DNA from: Lamprobacter sp.
GTDB lineage: Bacteria; Pseudomonadota; Gammaproteobacteria; Chromatiales; Chromatiaceae
NCBI RefSeq assembly: GCF_034860625.1
Contig: NZ_JAYESN010000016.1
Coordinates: forward strand, 2 to 64,001
Direction: 5' to 3'
Length of the DNA: 64,000 nt
A program made the position numbers and the translations under genes. This document shows, in pieces, positions 61,294-64,000 of this stretch (its first letter is position 1; every line of letters begins with the position of its first letter). The notes under the pieces were generated by a model that worked only from the letters and a program-made list of their open reading frames with translations, was not told where the DNA came from and did not search any database.

Positions 61294-62049
61294 ATGAGCA
61301 GCCCCTCTAATACCGCTGCAACCATCGGCATCAACAGCGTTCGCAGTGCGCTCAAGTTCGGTTCCGATGGTGTTCTGGAGCTGTGGCTGGAGCGGACCCG
61401 GCGTGATCGTCGCCTCGCGGAATTGGCCGCACTGGCGCGCGAGGCCCGTGTCGTCGTTCGCCAGGCGACGCGCGATGAACTGGACCAAGCGTCGGATGGC
61501 GGTAACCACCAGGGCGTGCTCGCTTGGGTGCGGATGCCGGCGGCGCGCACCGAGCATGAGTTAGAGCGCCTGCTGGATGCCGCCGAGCAGCCACCGCTGC
61601 TGTTGGTGCTCGATGGCGTGACCGATCCGCATAACCTGGGCGCCTGCCTGCGCAGTGCCGATGGCGCCGGTGCGACCGCAGTGATCGCACCCAAGGACAA
61701 GGCGGTTGGGCTGACGCCCGTGGCGGTCAAGGTCGCGAGTGGCGCGGCCGACTCGGTGCCCTTTGTCCAGGTTACCAACCTGGCGCGCACACTCGAGTCG
61801 CTGAAGGCGCGCGGCCTCTGGCTGGTTGGGCTAGCGGATGCAGCCCCGGCAACGCTGTTTGAGACCGACCTCTCCGGTCCAACGGCCTTGGTGCTTGGCA
61901 GTGAGGGCACTGGCCTGCGTCGGCTGACGCAGGAGCGCTGCGATCTGCTGGCCTCCTTACCCATGCGCGGTCGGGTCGAGAGCCTTAACGTTTCGGTCAC
62001 AGCCGGTATCTGCCTCTATGAGGTGGTCAGGCGACGCCTCGGAGGATAA
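61294..62049 (+). CDS. rlmB: 23S rRNA Gm2251 methyltransferase
   Basis: HQGV, DPHNLGACLRSA, GSEGTGLR, ESLNVSV; follows rnr. Confidence 0.95.
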   Translation: MSSPSNTAATIGINSVRSALKFGSDGVLELWLERTRRDRRLAELAALAREARVVVRQATRDELDQASDGGNHQGVLAWVRMPAARTEHELERLLDAAEQPPLLLVLDGVTDPHNLGACLRSADGAGATAVIAPKDKAVGLTPVAVKVASGAADSVPFVQVTNLARTLESLKARGLWLVGLADAAPATLFETDLSGPTALVLGSEGTGLRRLTQERCDLLASLPMRGRVESLNVSVTAGICLYEVVRRRLGG

Positions 62050-62064
62050 GAGCGGGCCTCAAGT

Positions 62065-62098
62065 ATTGAATCTGCGCGCATCTGCGTTATCTGCGGTT
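62065..62098. repeat. Half-copy of the MITE right arm (ATCTGCG x3)
   Basis: ATTGAATCTGCGCGCATCTGCGTTATCTGCGGTT aligns with 36076-36112. Confidence 0.6.
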
Positions 62099-62105
62099 TT
62101 ACCAT

Positions 62106-64000
62106 TTACGCGCTCGGCTTTGACGCGGGCTGAGGCCCCAGATCAGGGCGCGAGGGCCGATCGTCGGACTCGGCATTAGCCTCTGATGCCGACGACCCTG
62201 GACTCTGCGCAAAGAGCGCAAGCAACATCATCGCGATGATGCCGATCCAAAGTCCACCGGCGACCGGCCAGTGGCGCAGGGTGGCCTCTCGATCGACCTC
62301 GGAGCGCCTGAGGACGCGCTCAAATCCGCCGATCGCGGCCTGGCTGATGCGGTCCTGTAAGGCGCTGGTCGGTCGCCAGAGCCGCTGCCAGAAAGCCACT
62401 GCAAGCCGACCCACAGGGCGCGCCAGCACGAGGAGGTCACCGGCAGGGATGAGTCCGATCACCGGCGACAGCCAGGCCGGATGGCGCCAGGCGCCGATCG
62501 CGATCAGCCCAGCGAGGCCGATGCCCAACATGACGGTCAGCCAATCGCTGAGCCAGCTTGCGGGCTTGCCGAGGGCGAATGGGAATAGGATCACCAACGC
62601 GAGCAACAGCGACCAGGCGATGCCAGGCCAGAGTAGCCCCGGCTGCGGGTGGTGTTTGCTGCCTCGGCTCATCACCCAAATGAAGCGCGCCATGAGCAAC
62701 GTGGTGCCCAAGGTGGCAACGGTGACTGCAGCCGCTACCCAGGGCCATTCAGCGCCTGCTAACACGGGCTTCAAGGCATACTTTGCAACCGCGCCGCTGG
62801 TGAAGGGCGCACCAGCCAAGGCCAACGCAAGGATGAACAATCCGCCGAGCACCAGTGGCTGGATGAAGCCAGGTTGCCCTGGTGCTTGCTTGCGCAGCCC
62901 AACGCCGAGGAACAGGCCGCCCTTCGCCAGCCCGTGCTGCGCGGCGTAGAGGCTGATGGCAGCGACACCGACCGGCGCCAAGCCAGGCTCCATCAGCACC
63001 AGCCCCAGACAGAGCATCAGCAGACCCATCTTGCTGATGCTGGAGTAGGCCAGGATGGCCTTGGGGTCTGATTGCACGACGCCAATCGGGAGTGCATAGA
63101 ACAGCGTGAGCACACCGCCGGCAGCTAACAGCCCACCCCACTCGGGCAAGGCGATGGCGCCAACCGGCAAGAAGCGCAGCCAGCCGAGGATGGCGACCTT
63201 GATCATCGCGCCGCTGAGCACCGCGCTCGCCGGCACCGGGGCGGCAGGATGCGCCAGGGGCAGCCAGAGATGCAGTGGCACCAGCCCGGCCTTGACGCCA
63301 AGCCCGACCAGTGCGAGCGCGATGGGCAGGCCAGTGAGCTGGGTCAGATCCTCGGGCGAGGGCTCGGTCGTGCCGGTCTGCTGGGCAATCATCACCAGCG
63401 CGGCAAACAGGCTCACCTCGCCGAGCAGCGCCATCACCAGGTAGACCTTGCCGGCGCGCAGTGCGAGAGGGCTGCCGTCGTGGACCACCAGCCCATAGGC
63501 GGCGAGGCCCATCATGGCAAAGCCGGCATAGAAGCTGAACAGATCCTGGCCGACGATGAGCCAGAAGTTACCGGCCATGGTGAGCAGAAAAACGGCGTGG
63601 AAGCGTCCGGCATTGGGCGTGCCGCGAAAGGCGAAGGCGGCGTAGATGCCGGCGGCGAGCCAGAGGATGGCCGTGAACAGCAGATAGACCTGCGCGGTGG
63701 CATCGAGCCCAAGGGCGGTGCCAAGGAACAGCCAGGGCAGTTCCAGCCGGGTGCCAACGCTCAGGGTCAGGGCGGCGACCAAGGCTGGCAGCGGGCCGAG
63801 CATCGGCAAGATCCAGCGCCAGCGCACGGTTGCCGGGCGGTTGCCCATGTGGGTGCCCATATGCGTGCCTGGGTGAGTGCCCAATGGGGCGCTGTGGCAG
63901 CTAACTCGTGCGGCTGACTGCCAACGGCCACCTTGGAATGCCGTCGGCCATGCCAAGAGCAACGGCCAACCCCAAGCAAGGAGCAGCAGCCAGGGTGTCA
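62106..64000 (-). CDS. MrpD/complex I subunit 5-family proton-conducting membrane protein (start at the window edge)
   Basis: KAGLVPLHLWLPLAHPAAP, SAVLSGAMIK, LAYSSIS; the frame stays open to the edge (xTG ACA CCC TGG). Confidence 0.85.
   Translation of the reverse strand, partial: TPWLLLLAWGWPLLLAWPTAFQGGRWQSAARVSCHSAPLGTHPGTHMGTHMGNRPATVRWRWILPMLGPLPALVAALTLSVGTRLELPWLFLGTALGLDATAQVYLLFTAILWLAAGIYAAFAFRGTPNAGRFHAVFLLTMAGNFWLIVGQDLFSFYAGFAMMGLAAYGLVVHDGSPLALRAGKVYLVMALLGEVSLFAALVMIAQQTGTTEPSPEDLTQLTGLPIALALVGLGVKAGLVPLHLWLPLAHPAAPVPASAVLSGAMIKVAILGWLRFLPVGAIALPEWGGLLAAGGVLTLFYALPIGVVQSDPKAILAYSSISKMGLLMLCLGLVLMEPGLAPVGVAAISLYAAQHGLAKGGLFLGVGLRKQAPGQPGFIQPLVLGGLFILALALAGAPFTSGAVAKYALKPVLAGAEWPWVAAAVTVATLGTTLLMARFIWVMSRGSKHHPQPGLLWPGIAWSLLLALVILFPFALGKPASWLSDWLTVMLGIGLAGLIAIGAWRHPAWLSPVIGLIPAGDLLVLARPVGRLAVAFWQRLWRPTSALQDRISQAAIGGFERVLRRSEVDREATLRHWPVAGGLWIGIIAMMLLALFAQSPGSSASEANAESDDRPSRPDLGPQPASKPSA

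Overview
High-GC gammaproteobacterial chromosome segment. Gene content (nifLA with rnfABCDGEH, a DAB-type carbon pump, exeAB, rdgC) points to a diazotrophic purple sulfur bacterium such as Chromatiaceae; that placement is inference. Bases 1-10.7 kb form a defence/toxin-antitoxin hotspot: two MNT-HEPN pairs (the second broken), Uma2, a type III-like mod-res pair with an AT-richer central region in mod, a patchwork of gene fragments, an AAA-PD(D/E)XK gene and vapBC. Core and accessory genes follow: recQ, a SirB1-like gene, an AT-richer two-gene islet with a Cys-rich lipoprotein, corB, the AmmeMemoRadiSam trio, rdgC, an epimerase, Trm112, an RRM protein, a GGDEF-EAL gene, a four-part DAB operon with a split dabA, exeAB, a MITE-like element, rapA, tsaA and purL. 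The last part holds nifA-nifL divergent from rnf (two sigma54 promoters sharing NifA sites), a His-rich/DUF1828-like pair coupled to a second GGDEF-EAL gene, tRNA-Leu(CAG), rnr, rlmB and an MrpD-like gene cut by the window edge. The strongest candidates for an undescribed system are the DUF1828-like pair, the split four-part DAB operon and the repeat-bounded defence slots. All family calls come from motif recognition by eye; no database searches were run.
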